A stretch of DNA of 62,882 bases, taken from IMG/VR virus record IMGVR_UViG_3300036715_004481, positions 1-62,882 of that record. One strand, 5' to 3'. Numbering within the stretch: position 1 is the stretch's first letter; every line of letters starts with the position of its first letter. The translations under genes were made by a program, and so were the position numbers. The notes beneath the pieces are model-generated. The model saw only the letters and a program-made list of their open reading frames with translations. It was not told the DNA's origin and searched no databases. Positions 6,608 to 17,600 of the stretch are shown piece after piece. The DNA is from a virus. Lineage: Duplodnaviria; Caudoviricetes.

Positions 6608-7915
6608 TTATGTAGCAGGGTTAGTTTCTGATGTAGCAGCTGGTTTAACACCAGTTTTTGCTGTTTTAACTTTTTTTGTAGCTGTATTTGCTGCTGGTGT
6701 GGTTTCTCCTTGTGCTGCTGGTGTTACTTCACCTTGTACTGCTGGCGCTTCTTTTGACAAATTCATTAATGCACCTGCATAAACTTTAAATTTATTACCA
6801 TTTTCACCAATATGAACTTCAGCAAGTTGTTTATTTTCATCATAAGAATCAATCTTAACTTTAACTTCTTTTCCACCTTCTGCACTATAATAGTTATATT
6901 CTTTGCCAACTTCAGGTTTAAATGTAGTATCAACATTTTCAGCTCTAAAATCTTGTTCTTTATTAGCACTATCACCAAATGTATAATACGCTTTAATTTT
7001 ACCAGGTTCTTGTGATTTATTAGTGATTTTAATAATTTTTATTGTACCATCATCACGTTTATATCTATATGGCATACCGACTTTTAATTTTTTACCATCA
7101 ACATCAATTTCAACATATTGTGCTTTATCTAAACTATTCCACTTATTATTTAAATCTTTTGCAAGTTTATTTCTTTCAGCAGCAAGTTTAGTTGCAGATA
7201 CTTTATCTCCACCTTTTTCATATAAACTTATCTCAGCGTTCAAAAATGCGAGTTTGAATTCTTCTTTTTTATTATCTACAATAATAGCCAATTTTGGATT
7301 TTTTTCTCTACCACCCATGGATGTTATAACTCTTTCCATTTCATTCATAGCTTTATTTTGAAGTGACGTAAGTATATTTTGAAGAACTGTTTGTTTTTTC
7401 TTTAATGCATCAACTGTCATTTTTATATTATTTTGATCTTCTTGCTTTGCAGTATTATCTGGTTTTGGTTGTTCTGTTGCTTTTACCGCATTAGCCTCAG
7501 CTGTATCTTCATTTAATCTACTTTTAATATGAACCTTTACAGACTCTGATGTTTTTACTGCAGATGGTGCTACGGTTGTTGCTTCTGTTGTTGTTTTTGG
7601 TGCAACTGTTGTTGTTTCAGTTGTTGTAGTTTGATTTCCACCATCTTTTGCTTTCAAATTATTCAATTGTTCTTCTGATGTTAAGCTTAAATCTACCTGA
7701 GCTTTTCTTTTAAACTCATCTTCTATCAACTTAATATACTTATTATAAATATCTTCAATCTTTTGAGCACCGTTTATTTTTTTTATATATGTTTTTGCTT
7801 TATTGAACATATTTCCTAAAAAATTAAACAATCCTTCATTAATCAATTGCTCGTTTAATTTTTGATTCTTATTACGAAGATTTAAAAAGTCACTTTTAGA
7901 ATATAAATTTTTCAT
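6608..7915 (-). CDS. Hypothetical, probable virion protein
   Basis: 435 aa, LINE/RLNE putative prohead-protease sites, Thr/Ala/Pro-rich repeats. Confidence 0.6.
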   Translation of the reverse strand: MKNLYSKSDFLNLRNKNQKLNEQLINEGLFNFLGNMFNKAKTYIKKINGAQKIEDIYNKYIKLIEDEFKRKAQVDLSLTSEEQLNNLKAKDGGNQTTTTETTTVAPKTTTEATTVAPSAVKTSESVKVHIKSRLNEDTAEANAVKATEQPKPDNTAKQEDQNNIKMTVDALKKKQTVLQNILTSLQNKAMNEMERVITSMGGREKNPKLAIIVDNKKEEFKLAFLNAEISLYEKGGDKVSATKLAAERNKLAKDLNNKWNSLDKAQYVEIDVDGKKLKVGMPYRYKRDDGTIKIIKITNKSQEPGKIKAYYTFGDSANKEQDFRAENVDTTFKPEVGKEYNYYSAEGGKEVKVKIDSYDENKQLAEVHIGENGNKFKVYAGALMNLSKEAPAVQGEVTPAAQGETTPAANTATKKVKTAKTGVKPAATSETNPAT

Positions 7916-8012
7916 GTTAAATATTTATTTTTTTTATATATTAATTTTCAAAAGTCATTTTATAGACTATTATTTTTTTATATATATTAAAAATTAAAAG
8001 AAGATATAATAT

Positions 8013-9692
8013 ATGTACGAATGGGAACTAAAAGTAACTGGACCAAAAAAGCAAGTCATAGTATATAAAGATGACACTCTATTGTACACTGGGCAACCAT
8101 CATTTTCAGCTACAGAAGAATCATTATTTGAAGCAGCTTTGTTAGATTTGCAAGATAATTATCCAGATATTAGAGCTAACATTGTCAGAAAAGGTATCAC
8201 ACCAAGTTCAAAAAGCTCAACAAGTGGAGCAATTTCAATTAGCTTAGATCCTAGCGCAACATTATTTGACATTGGACCATACAAGCAATTGACATATGAA
8301 CAAGTTAGGGAAATAGTATACTCAGCATTAAACACACTGGATCCAACTGGTACAAATAAAATATGGGACGATTTTAATAAATTATGTACGGCAGATTTCA
8401 ATTATTACAGCACATTACCAACGCCAACATGGGAATCTGGTGTTCAATTTAGACAGGCAGTAATAAATAAGGCCATTGAAATTGTAAATTTAGATTCATT
8501 AGCATCATACAATACACCTAAAACTAACACAGATAGTAGTACTTTACCAAGCTCTGCTGATGCATCTTCATCTTCAGCATCAACTGGTGTGACACTTAAA
8601 AGTGGTGCTAGTGATGCTCTTAAAACTGCAACAGATTCTGTAAATGAGAAAATAACCGAACTACAAGGAATAGGATTACCACCAATTAAAGATATTACTA
8701 AAAATCTTTGGGAAAAAGTCATAAAACCACAATTACTAACAGAAAGACAAATAGCAAAAAAAATAATATTACTTTCAAATCAATCATTTCCAATTCCTAT
8801 GAAAGAAGAAGATGCTCAATTATTGGTTTATGGTAAGCTATACTATAAAGATGGTGTGCTATATGATAATGACGATAAAGATCCAGCTTGTGTTGCACAT
8901 CCAGGTGATGTAGATTATCAACCACCTATTGATGAAACTCACCCGTTGTGGCAAAAAATTGTAAAATATATTAAAGACTTTAAAGATTCTCTGATACAAA
9001 TGGGTATAAAACTAGGGGAATTCTTATTTCTTATACCAGCAACAGTTGCTAATATTTCAGTAGGATTAACATCTCTTGTTGCATCAATTGTAATTATGCC
9101 TTTTGGTGCAGGTATACCAACAGCAATGAATGCGATACTATCAATGGTAAATTCTATAAAAATTTTGCAAGCAAAATTTGCTGAAATATTACCATTACTA
9201 GCTGGAATATCTATTATTGGATTATTATTACCAAAGGAACTACAAGATATTATAGCAAAAATAACTTCATTATTTGAGGTTATCGCTGGAATAATTGCAG
9301 CGATGCTATCTATACTAGGATTAATAGACATTATAATGAAATTGTTTCGTAAAACAGAAAAAAAAATGAAAAGTATTCCAGTGACAGTTAAAGCTAAAGC
9401 AAATCCAGTATCAGTTAAACAAAATGAAAAAACTATTTTAACAGTTGAAGTATCTGGTGGAGATTACGACTATATTTATGAATGGACAGATGCTAATGGT
9501 GTAGTTATAGCAAAAGATCCAAACTCAGGTGATGATGATGGAACAAGAGAAATTACTCCATTTGGTGCAATATCAACAATAACGATAAATGACATTAAAA
9601 ACTCTCTAATAAACACATATAAATGTAAAGTAACAGATCAAAAAGGTAAAGGAACAAGTGCAGAAGGAAAAATTACAGTTATAAGAGGATAA
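8013..9692 (+). CDS. Hypothetical protein with hydrophobic helices and C-terminal Ig-like domain
   Basis: Long hydrophobic segment; SGGDYDYIYEW..YKCKVTD Ig/PKD-like pattern. Confidence 0.65.
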   Translation: MYEWELKVTGPKKQVIVYKDDTLLYTGQPSFSATEESLFEAALLDLQDNYPDIRANIVRKGITPSSKSSTSGAISISLDPSATLFDIGPYKQLTYEQVREIVYSALNTLDPTGTNKIWDDFNKLCTADFNYYSTLPTPTWESGVQFRQAVINKAIEIVNLDSLASYNTPKTNTDSSTLPSSADASSSSASTGVTLKSGASDALKTATDSVNEKITELQGIGLPPIKDITKNLWEKVIKPQLLTERQIAKKIILLSNQSFPIPMKEEDAQLLVYGKLYYKDGVLYDNDDKDPACVAHPGDVDYQPPIDETHPLWQKIVKYIKDFKDSLIQMGIKLGEFLFLIPATVANISVGLTSLVASIVIMPFGAGIPTAMNAILSMVNSIKILQAKFAEILPLLAGISIIGLLLPKELQDIIAKITSLFEVIAGIIAAMLSILGLIDIIMKLFRKTEKKMKSIPVTVKAKANPVSVKQNEKTILTVEVSGGDYDYIYEWTDANGVVIAKDPNSGDDDGTREITPFGAISTITINDIKNSLINTYKCKVTDQKGKGTSAEGKITVIRG

Positions 9693-9693
9693 T

Positions 9694-10572
9694 TTAAAAA
9701 TTTTTAAAATTTTCAAATTTTACTGTAAGTTTATTATCAACAACTTTAATAGGATATTTAATAGCAGCTTTCAATAATATATTATTCGTTTCAAAAGGAT
9801 TCAATTGGTTATTCGTAACTAAATTATTTATAAGAGTCAACTTATAATTATTCAATCTATTTTGTATAAACTCAACACACTCATCATCACTATTTCTTAC
9901 AAGGAAATCAAAATAATCTTGTAAATTATTAGCATTCATGAAATTAGTTTTAAAATCATCATAAAAGTAAACTGTATCATAAGAATCTTTTTTGATAGTA
10001 ACAAAATGATCACCATCAATAGTTAATCCAACCAAATGTTCTAATAAAATTTTATTTTTATCATAGATGAAACTATCTTTCTGAGAATAACGAATTGATT
10101 CCGAAACAAAGTATATTTTATCAATTTCTAAACCATATTCTTTTAATTTTAATCTTAGTTTATTTAATAAATTTGCATGTTTCTTTCTATCACTTCTAGC
10201 TGTAAGCACACCAATCTCAACGTCTTTACCTATCAAATGTTTAATATTATCTAATAAAACTTGAACATTCTTGTTATTTAAAATATTTTCATCAAAATAT
10301 TCACTATAAGATATACCTAAATTTCCCAGTTTATTTTTATTATTTTTATGATAAACTCTATCAAACATATCTTTTGAAATAAAAAAAGTCTCACCATTAT
10401 AATCAATAGGTAAGTTATCTTTAACATAAACTCCACTTTTTATCAAAGCAAAATCTATTATAGATATTTTAATTATAGGAATAGATGGCTTATTTTTATT
10501 AATTAGCCATATATCACTCTTTATATACCATAAAGTGTTATCTAAATCAAAAAATGCAATTTGTTTGCTCAT
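9694..10572 (-). CDS. HAD-superfamily protein
   Basis: FFDLDNTL motif I, LTAR motif II, FYDD motif IV. Confidence 0.7.
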   Translation of the reverse strand: MSKQIAFFDLDNTLWYIKSDIWLINKNKPSIPIIKISIIDFALIKSGVYVKDNLPIDYNGETFFISKDMFDRVYHKNNKNKLGNLGISYSEYFDENILNNKNVQVLLDNIKHLIGKDVEIGVLTARSDRKKHANLLNKLRLKLKEYGLEIDKIYFVSESIRYSQKDSFIYDKNKILLEHLVGLTIDGDHFVTIKKDSYDTVYFYDDFKTNFMNANNLQDYFDFLVRNSDDECVEFIQNRLNNYKLTLINNLVTNNQLNPFETNNILLKAAIKYPIKVVDNKLTVKFENFKNF

Positions 10573-10574
10573 AT

Positions 10575-11039
10575 TTATTCTAAAAATTTTAACAATTCTA
10601 ATTGGTACTTCTCAATTATTTTTACAGCATCTTTCATAGAAAAGAAGCCAGCTTCAACAGTTTCATCCTTTAAAAAATTACCTAATATCATATTATTAAA
10701 CAATTTAACATTAATATCATCTTTACCGATATTCACAGCATAGCATGTTAATTTTTTATTGACTTTTGATTTAACGTAATTTATAACTACTTTATTTGCA
10801 TCTTTCAACTGCTCTCTTGTCAACTTTATTCTAGACTCTTCTTTTAACTCTCTTAAAGCTGTATCTATTTCACTAACACCTGGTTCTACATGTCCCTTAG
10901 GAATGGACCATTTTTTCATTCTTTTTTTAAACTTCTTAGGTCTAACTAATAATATCTTATTATTATATATTAGAACAACTCCTGATAAATTATGATTTTC
11001 ATTAACAGATTCTCTCAAATATTCGTAAAAATTCATCAT
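10575..11039 (-). CDS. NUDIX hydrolase
   Basis: PKGHVEPGVSEIDTALRELKEES Nudix box. Confidence 0.9.
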   Translation of the reverse strand: MMNFYEYLRESVNENHNLSGVVLIYNNKILLVRPKKFKKRMKKWSIPKGHVEPGVSEIDTALRELKEESRIKLTREQLKDANKVVINYVKSKVNKKLTCYAVNIGKDDINVKLFNNMILGNFLKDETVEAGFFSMKDAVKIIEKYQLELLKFLE

Positions 11040-11056
11040 AAATAGTTTTTTATTAA

Positions 11057-11269
11057 TTATTCAATTTCTGGCACAATTTCACCAGATTCTGGTTGATTAT
11101 CAACAATATTAATAGGAATATTTTTTATGCCTTTAAAATCTATAAATGCATATTTTTCGCCCTCTCGCCAATGAATTTTATCAACAATATCACCAATACT
11201 TGGCAATTGATCTAATGTTATAGTAAATGATTCTTTTATAAACTCCTGATATGTTCTCATTTTACGCAT
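11057..11269 (-). CDS. Small protein with T4 internal-protein-like capsid targeting sequence
   Basis: MRTYQEFIKE versus T4 IPII/IPIII MKTYQEFIAE. Confidence 0.6.
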   Translation of the reverse strand: MRKMRTYQEFIKESFTITLDQLPSIGDIVDKIHWREGEKYAFIDFKGIKNIPINIVDNQPESGEIVPEIE

Positions 11270-11351
11270 ATTATAAAGACTTTTTCACTATATATATAAA
11301 TAAAAAATCAAAAAAATTCACATTACTGTATATTTTATTGATTTTTAAAAA

Positions 11352-11609
11352 TTAAGGTTTATATTTGTTCATAGAGTTCATTATAGAGTTCATATTTGGT
11401 ATCTTTTTTGAATAATCTGGAACAGATTGTTGAGCAACATTACCACTCTGATTTTCTTTTTGCTGCTTATTTTCACGTTCAATTTTATCATTTAGTCTTT
11501 GTACATATTCTTCATATTCCCACCAAGATAGTTTATCAATATAATATGGAGCAATATGCTCCAAATCCATAAAACCAAATTTATTATCCAAAATAGTCGT
11601 CAAGGGCAT
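11352..11609 (-). CDS. Baseplate hub assembly protein (T4 gp51-like)
   Basis: FMDLEHI..IDKLSWWEYEEYVQRL pattern; overlaps upstream hub gene. Confidence 0.5.
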   Translation of the reverse strand: MPLTTILDNKFGFMDLEHIAPYYIDKLSWWEYEEYVQRLNDKIERENKQQKENQSGNVAQQSVPDYSKKIPNMNSIMNSMNKYKP

Positions 11610-12543
11610 CTGGAATAACGAAAATATTTGATGCTCCTGAGGGAAAGCTCATATCAGTGTGGACCTCCTCGCCACACACTGGACACTCATATTTCATTTC
11701 TTTAATACCAAATATCATTTGATTAACAGCTTGATTTAAAATTTGGAATGTTTTCATACTCAATCTTTTAAATTCTTGCTCTTTTACTTTTATACCTTCT
11801 TCTGTAATTTTAGTTCTATCATGCAATAAAAATGATGCCAATTTTAAAAATGCAACATTAGGATTTTTATCAACCTGAATCTTATTTTTAATATCACCGA
11901 AAAATATTTCTTGAATTCCAATTGTTGGAGGAGCTAATTTATAATCAATATTATCAATATTGAAAACAAAAACTCTTTCAATAGGGTCAAAAAACTTAGC
12001 AAGTTTTTCTGGCATTTCATGATTTACAAATGATTTATGAACTTTATTAGAACTTGTTGCTCTCAATTCAATTTTAAATTCATTATTACATTTATGACAA
12101 GTTACATCCTTTGATAAATTTTTACCACCTGGGAAAGTTAGTTCTCTAATCATAAAAATTAAAAACAACCGATCTCCATCTCTCAAATCCTTATATGAAC
12201 CTTGACTACCTGTTGAATTTATAAATTTCACACAAGATGACAATATTTGATTCATCTTCTCTGTTATATCAAGATAATTTGAATCATCCACAACTGAATA
12301 TGCTTGTACTTCCTGCACTCTAGCTGCTCTAATGTTTATTTTTGTACCTTGCTTATAAAACATACCACACGGTAAAACTTCCAATGGTATAGATATATAC
12401 TCATTAGAAGGCACGTTATTATCCAAATATGACAAATCTGGCTTTCTTACAGATTCAATAACATCATCATTTTCAGACATAAAATTTTTTTCTAAATAAT
12501 TTAAAGCTTCTGCTTCTTTTTTATCTTTGAAATCATCTTTCAT
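11584..12543 (-). CDS. Baseplate hub subunit / tail assembly chaperone (T4 gp26-like)
   Basis: LP..G.FY, DL..GDR.FL...IR, CxxC and C-terminal CPVCG zinc ribbon. Confidence 0.65.
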   Translation of the reverse strand: MKDDFKDKKEAEALNYLEKNFMSENDDVIESVRKPDLSYLDNNVPSNEYISIPLEVLPCGMFYKQGTKINIRAARVQEVQAYSVVDDSNYLDITEKMNQILSSCVKFINSTGSQGSYKDLRDGDRLFLIFMIRELTFPGGKNLSKDVTCHKCNNEFKIELRATSSNKVHKSFVNHEMPEKLAKFFDPIERVFVFNIDNIDYKLAPPTIGIQEIFFGDIKNKIQVDKNPNVAFLKLASFLLHDRTKITEEGIKVKEQEFKRLSMKTFQILNQAVNQMIFGIKEMKYECPVCGEEVHTDMSFPSGASNIFVIPDALDDYFG

Positions 12544-12665
12544 ATTTAATTATTATTTTTGATTATATATTAAAAGATTTGTGTCCCATAAAAAAATAAT
12601 TAAAAAAAATTTACACACAATAAACTTGAACTTCAAAAATTTTTATATAAAGATAAAAAATCATA

Positions 12666-14363
12666 TGATATTGACTAAAAATATAGAAATAAGAGTAAAT
12701 CCAAACAATATGAAATATTTAAAAGAATTTAACGAAAATATTATAAACAATGAGATTATCCAAATACCAATAGAAAAACTATCTAAAAATTCACATTTAA
12801 AAATAGATGTTAAGTGTGATTTGTGTGAATTTGAAAAGAGCATATCTTATCACTCTTACATTAGAAACATTAAAAACACAAACTTATATACTTGTCAAAA
12901 ATGTAGTGGAATAAAAAACAAGCAAACAAATTTAAAAAAATATGGTGTAGAATATCCAATACAACTAACAGAAATAAAAAAAAGAAGAAAGAAAAATAAT
13001 CTAGAAAAATATAATGTAGATGAACCATCAAAATTAGATTCAATAAAAGAAAAAATAAAAAACACAAAAAAACTAAAATATGGTAATGAAAACTATAATA
13101 ATATTGAAAAAACAAAAGAAACTAAAAAACTAAAATATAGTGATAAAAACTACAACAATAGAGAAAAGGCAAATAATACTTGCATTAAAAAATATGGAGT
13201 CGAAAATGTTTCACAATCAGAAAACATCAAAATTAAAAAGTGTGAAACGACAATGAAAAATTATAATTCAGATAATTATAGTAAATCGGAAACATATAAA
13301 ATGAATAGAATTGATATTCTAAAAGAAAAATACAAAGACATAAACATATTAGAAGTGTGTGATGATAAATTGACATTAGATTGTGATTGCAATAAGCATC
13401 ATATTTATAATATAGATGTGACAATTTTAAGAAATAGAATAATTTATAAAACAGTTCTATGCACAATATGTAATCCGATATCATCATATTCTAATAGCGG
13501 ATATGAAATAAATCTTCAAAATTTTATAAAAGAGAATTATAATGGTAAAATTTTATTTAATTCTAGAAACGTGATAAAGCCTTTAGAATTGGATATTTAT
13601 TTACCAGATTTAAAATTAGCATTTGAATTTAATGGTTTATATTGGCATAGTGAAGCAAACAAAGAAAATAATTATCATTTAAATAAAACGGAGGAATGTG
13701 AGAGCCAAGGAACACAATTAATTCATATATATGAAGATGATTGGCTATATAAACAAGATATTGTAAAATCTATTATATTAAACAAATTAGGTAAAAACAC
13801 AAAATAATATTTATGCCAGAAAATGTGAAATTAGAAAAATATCTGATAACAATTTAATTAGATTTTTCTTAGATAAAAATCATATACAAGGATTTGTTGG
13901 GTCAAAAATTAAAATCGGGTTATTTTATAATAATGAATTAGTAAGTCTGATGACTTTTGGTAATCGTAAAATTGCTATGGGTAAAAAGTCTACAAATGAA
14001 GGAGAATACGAATTGCTAAGATTCTGTAATAAACTCAACACTAATATTGTAGGTGGTGCTAGTAAGCTATTTAAATATTTTGTTAAAAACTATAATCCTA
14101 CAGAAATAATGACTTATGCTGATAGAAGTTTTAGCCAAGGCATATTGTATAAAAAATTAGGATTTAAAATACAAGGTAAAACGGAGCCAAATTACTACTA
14201 TATTATTGATAACATTAAGCATCATAGATTCAATTTTCGAAAAGATTTACTTATAAAACAAGGATATGATAAAAATAAAACAGAGCATGAAATTATGCTA
14301 GAAAGAAAAATATATCGTATTTATGATTCTGGCAATTTAAAATTTATATATACTCAAAATTAA
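12666..14363 (+). pseudogene. Frameshifted Hef-like endonuclease with GNAT/Mom-like C-terminal domain (ORFs 12581..13807 + 13950..14363)
   Basis: Homology to 19902 and 23120 paralogs continues in another frame at ~13800 (NNIYARKCEI...NHIQGFVGSK). Confidence 0.75.
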
Positions 14364-14411
14364 AAATGTTCTTATTTATTTTAATATATAATAAAAAATA
14401 AACATATAAAA

Positions 14412-15122
14412 ATGATAATTCCATTATATGATGAACACTTTAAAGTTGATGATAAAGGACTTGCACACTCATATCCTAATTTTCCTCCAAATTATTCTGA
14501 ACCACAAATAACATATTCATTTACATATGATGGATTTATGAACAATGTTTCTGTTCCATTATTATTTAACTGGTCAGTACAACCGCCATTTTATATATTA
14601 TCTGGTCAAAACACCAAAACAATTACACTTGAGCTTAAACCATCATTAACAAAAGATAGAGAAGGATTTATATCAGGTTCAAATGTTACATATAAAAAAT
14701 TAAAATATAGCGATTTAAATCTTGAAATAATATATGAGCCACCAACAACTAAACCTAGAATACTAAAAGATTCTATAAATATATATTATAGACAAGGCCC
14801 ACTTTGGAAAATTCAAGGTAATAAATTTCCAAAAATAAAATTAAACACTTCTGGAAAACCAGAAACAATAGAAACATATGAATTGATACCACAATATGAT
14901 CAAACTGGATTTCCACCTAAAAATATAACAGAGCACAATTCATACACTTTCGTAATTAAAGGTGGAACTGTTAAAAAATTTTATGGCGGTATACCACCTA
15001 CTGGAACACCTCTTGTTGATATATTGTGGCATACACCAGGCTCAGGATATTTAGCGTTCTATTCAACATGGACATCAGAATCTGTTAAATTTCCAAATGT
15101 TTTAGACATTTTCATATCTTAA
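14412..15122 (+). CDS. Hypothetical protein (beta-rich, possible virion decoration)
   Basis: 236-aa ORF preceded by TAATATATA. Confidence 0.6.
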   Translation: MIIPLYDEHFKVDDKGLAHSYPNFPPNYSEPQITYSFTYDGFMNNVSVPLLFNWSVQPPFYILSGQNTKTITLELKPSLTKDREGFISGSNVTYKKLKYSDLNLEIIYEPPTTKPRILKDSINIYYRQGPLWKIQGNKFPKIKLNTSGKPETIETYELIPQYDQTGFPPKNITEHNSYTFVIKGGTVKKFYGGIPPTGTPLVDILWHTPGSGYLAFYSTWTSESVKFPNVLDIFIS

Positions 15123-15167
15123 TTAAAACATTTATATTTTTTTATTCTATATAAAAATAAAAATCAT

Positions 15168-15386
15168 ATGGGTATTTTAGAAATAATTTTGACAATTTTT
15201 GCATGGAGAAATGGATGGAAATGGCTATCTATTATTCCAGTTTGTACTGGGTTTGTTTTAGGATTCTTATTGGGTTTGTCAGGTGTTGCACCACTTCAGG
15301 CGATATGGCTAGATGTTATTGCAATCATTGTATTAATAATTATGTGCATAAAAAAACCAAACAAGATCGAATCAAAATCAGAATAA
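15168..15386 (+). CDS. Small membrane protein
   Basis: Hydrophobic helices, basic C-terminus. Confidence 0.6.
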   Translation: MGILEIILTIFAWRNGWKWLSIIPVCTGFVLGFLLGLSGVAPLQAIWLDVIAIIVLIIMCIKKPNKIESKSE

Positions 15387-15398
15387 ACTAAGTAAAAT

Positions 15399-15433
15399 TG
15401 AAAAAGAGATTTATTATATAAGTCTCTTTTTCA
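15399..15433. terminator. Intrinsic terminator
   Basis: TGAAAAAGAGAT...GTCTCTTTTTCA inverted repeat. Confidence 0.6.
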
Positions 15434-15539
15434 TTTAAACACATCTAATTTTCCTTAAATTATATTTAAAAACAAAAAAAAAACACATAATTAATTTTTT
15501 TTAATTATCTTTGCACAATATTTTTAAAAACAAATAAAA

Positions 15540-17492
15540 ATGAAAAAAATCTTTATTGCATTATGTTTTTTAATGTCAACTATGACATTGTTATCTCAAA
15601 ACGATAGTATTAAAAAAGATACTACTAAAAATATCAATTTAAATGATATTGTAGTTTCTGGTTATCGTCCAAACATCAACACACCAATTTCACAAAAAAC
15701 ACTAACCAGCAATGATATTAGTGAACAGTATTTCGGACAAGAAATGGTGTTTATCTTAGGTGACACACCATCTGTTAACACATCATCTGATGGTGGTCAT
15801 TTTAATGGCTATTCTTATTTTAGCATTCGTGGTATTGACCAAACTCGTGTTAATGTGACTCTTAATGGCTCACCATTAAATGAACCTGAAGATCAAGATA
15901 TATGTTTCAGCAATTATCCAGGTTTCGCAATGAACATAAATTCAGTTCAAATACAGCGTGGTGTTGGATCATCATCAAATGGTGTAGCATCATATGGTGG
16001 TAGCATTAATTTTGAAAGTAAAAACGGATTAGACAAAAGCATAAATGTAAACATGTCTGCAGGAAGTTTTAGTACTCAAACAACTAATGTAAGTTATAGC
16101 TCTGGACTAATCAAAAACAAATTTTCATTGTTTGCTAATATTTCTGAATATTCAAGTGAAGGATATAGATATCACTCTGGAGGTAGTGGTTATTCAGCAT
16201 TTATCTCTGGTAGATATTATACCGACAATAATGTTTTTAAATTAACTACATTTACTGGTAAATCATTAAATCAAATGGCACATTTAGCATCACCAGAAGA
16301 TTCAATTAAGATAGATAGTCGTAACAATCCAATAAAATCAGATAATGACAATTTCACACAAAGTTTTGTTCAACTACAAAATGTGCATAGCACTTCTAAG
16401 GATTTTGTTCTTACAAATACACTTTACTATAATAGATTAGATGGTAGATATGATATTTTTGGAGATTATATTCAATTAGGTTCTAATTTTATTGGCTTCA
16501 TGTCAAATTATCTTATTATTATAAATAAGTTAAAAATAAACACAGGATTTAATATAAACACATATGATCGTATACACTCTGGCGGAAAAAATGATAGTAT
16601 ATACTACACCAACACTGGAAATAAGAATGAATTTAGTGCATATACAAAATTCAACTATGATATTAAAAAATTTAAGTTATTCGCTGATTTACAATTAAGA
16701 AATTCTGATTTTAACTATCAAGGAAATAAACAAATGAGTAGAAAAAATTGGTTATTTCTTAACACGATGGGTGGAGTAACATATACTATATCAAAAAAAG
16801 AAAGTGCATACTTATCAATAGGTAACACACATCGTGAGCCAACAAGAACTAATATGTTTGGTGGATCAGATAACTTAGATAGCTTATATAATATAATTCC
16901 TGAATCTGTTGTAGACTACGAATTAGGATACAATCTAGAAAACGATAATTTTAAAATTCAAGCAAACCTATTTTATATGGATTTTAAAAATGAAATAACA
17001 CTAGCTGGTGGACCAACATTAAATGATCTTCCTTTAACAACAACAGTTGATCGTAGTTTTAGAACAGGACTAGAATCAGACTTGACATATAAAATAAGCG
17101 ACAATTTTTCAGTAGATAACACAACTGCACTGTTATATAGTAAGTTCTTTATGAATAATAATGAAGTTAGTCGTACACCTCTTTCTAGTCCATTGCTGAT
17201 GATGTCTCAAAATGTTGTATATACTAATGGTTCATTAATGGTTAATCTTTGTGGTCAAGTTTCTACTAATTACTATATTGACTTAACTAATAAAAATATT
17301 GTGCCAAGTTATTTTCTATTAAATTTAACTGTTAGATATCAATGCACTGAAAAAATATCATTAACTATTAGTGGAAACAATCTAACAAATAAAAGATATT
17401 TTAGTGGTGGTTATGTTGATGGTAATAATAATAATTGCTACTTCATTGGAGCACCAATTAATTTTTACACAACATTAAACATAAAATTCTAA
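15540..17492 (+). CDS. TonB-dependent outer-membrane receptor
   Basis: Signal peptide, LNDIVVSG TonB box, plug motifs (IRG..RVNVTLNG, IQRG, YGGSIN), C-terminal NNLTNKRY...IKF; TATCTTTG promoter upstream. Confidence 0.92.
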   Translation: MKKIFIALCFLMSTMTLLSQNDSIKKDTTKNINLNDIVVSGYRPNINTPISQKTLTSNDISEQYFGQEMVFILGDTPSVNTSSDGGHFNGYSYFSIRGIDQTRVNVTLNGSPLNEPEDQDICFSNYPGFAMNINSVQIQRGVGSSSNGVASYGGSINFESKNGLDKSINVNMSAGSFSTQTTNVSYSSGLIKNKFSLFANISEYSSEGYRYHSGGSGYSAFISGRYYTDNNVFKLTTFTGKSLNQMAHLASPEDSIKIDSRNNPIKSDNDNFTQSFVQLQNVHSTSKDFVLTNTLYYNRLDGRYDIFGDYIQLGSNFIGFMSNYLIIINKLKINTGFNINTYDRIHSGGKNDSIYYTNTGNKNEFSAYTKFNYDIKKFKLFADLQLRNSDFNYQGNKQMSRKNWLFLNTMGGVTYTISKKESAYLSIGNTHREPTRTNMFGGSDNLDSLYNIIPESVVDYELGYNLENDNFKIQANLFYMDFKNEITLAGGPTLNDLPLTTTVDRSFRTGLESDLTYKISDNFSVDNTTALLYSKFFMNNNEVSRTPLSSPLLMMSQNVVYTNGSLMVNLCGQVSTNYYIDLTNKNIVPSYFLLNLTVRYQCTEKISLTISGNNLTNKRYFSGGYVDGNNNNCYFIGAPINFYTTLNIKF

Positions 17493-17600
17493 TGTAAACA
17501 ATTGAAATTCTTACAGTTATATTTGTCGGAATTAGTATATTCTTAACAATCAAACAAGATATTATTTGCTTGGTGTTCGGACTCATTAGCTATGTTCACA
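17492..17600 (+). pseudogene. pnuC: pnuC remnant
   Basis: M*TIEILTVIFVGISIFLTIKQDIICLVFGLIS resembles the PnuC N-terminus. Confidence 0.55.

Noticed and set aside
11352-12543. Programmed frameshift joining the hub gene and the overlapping small ORF
   Set aside because: No clear slippery heptamer at the overlap; the small ORF has its own ATG.
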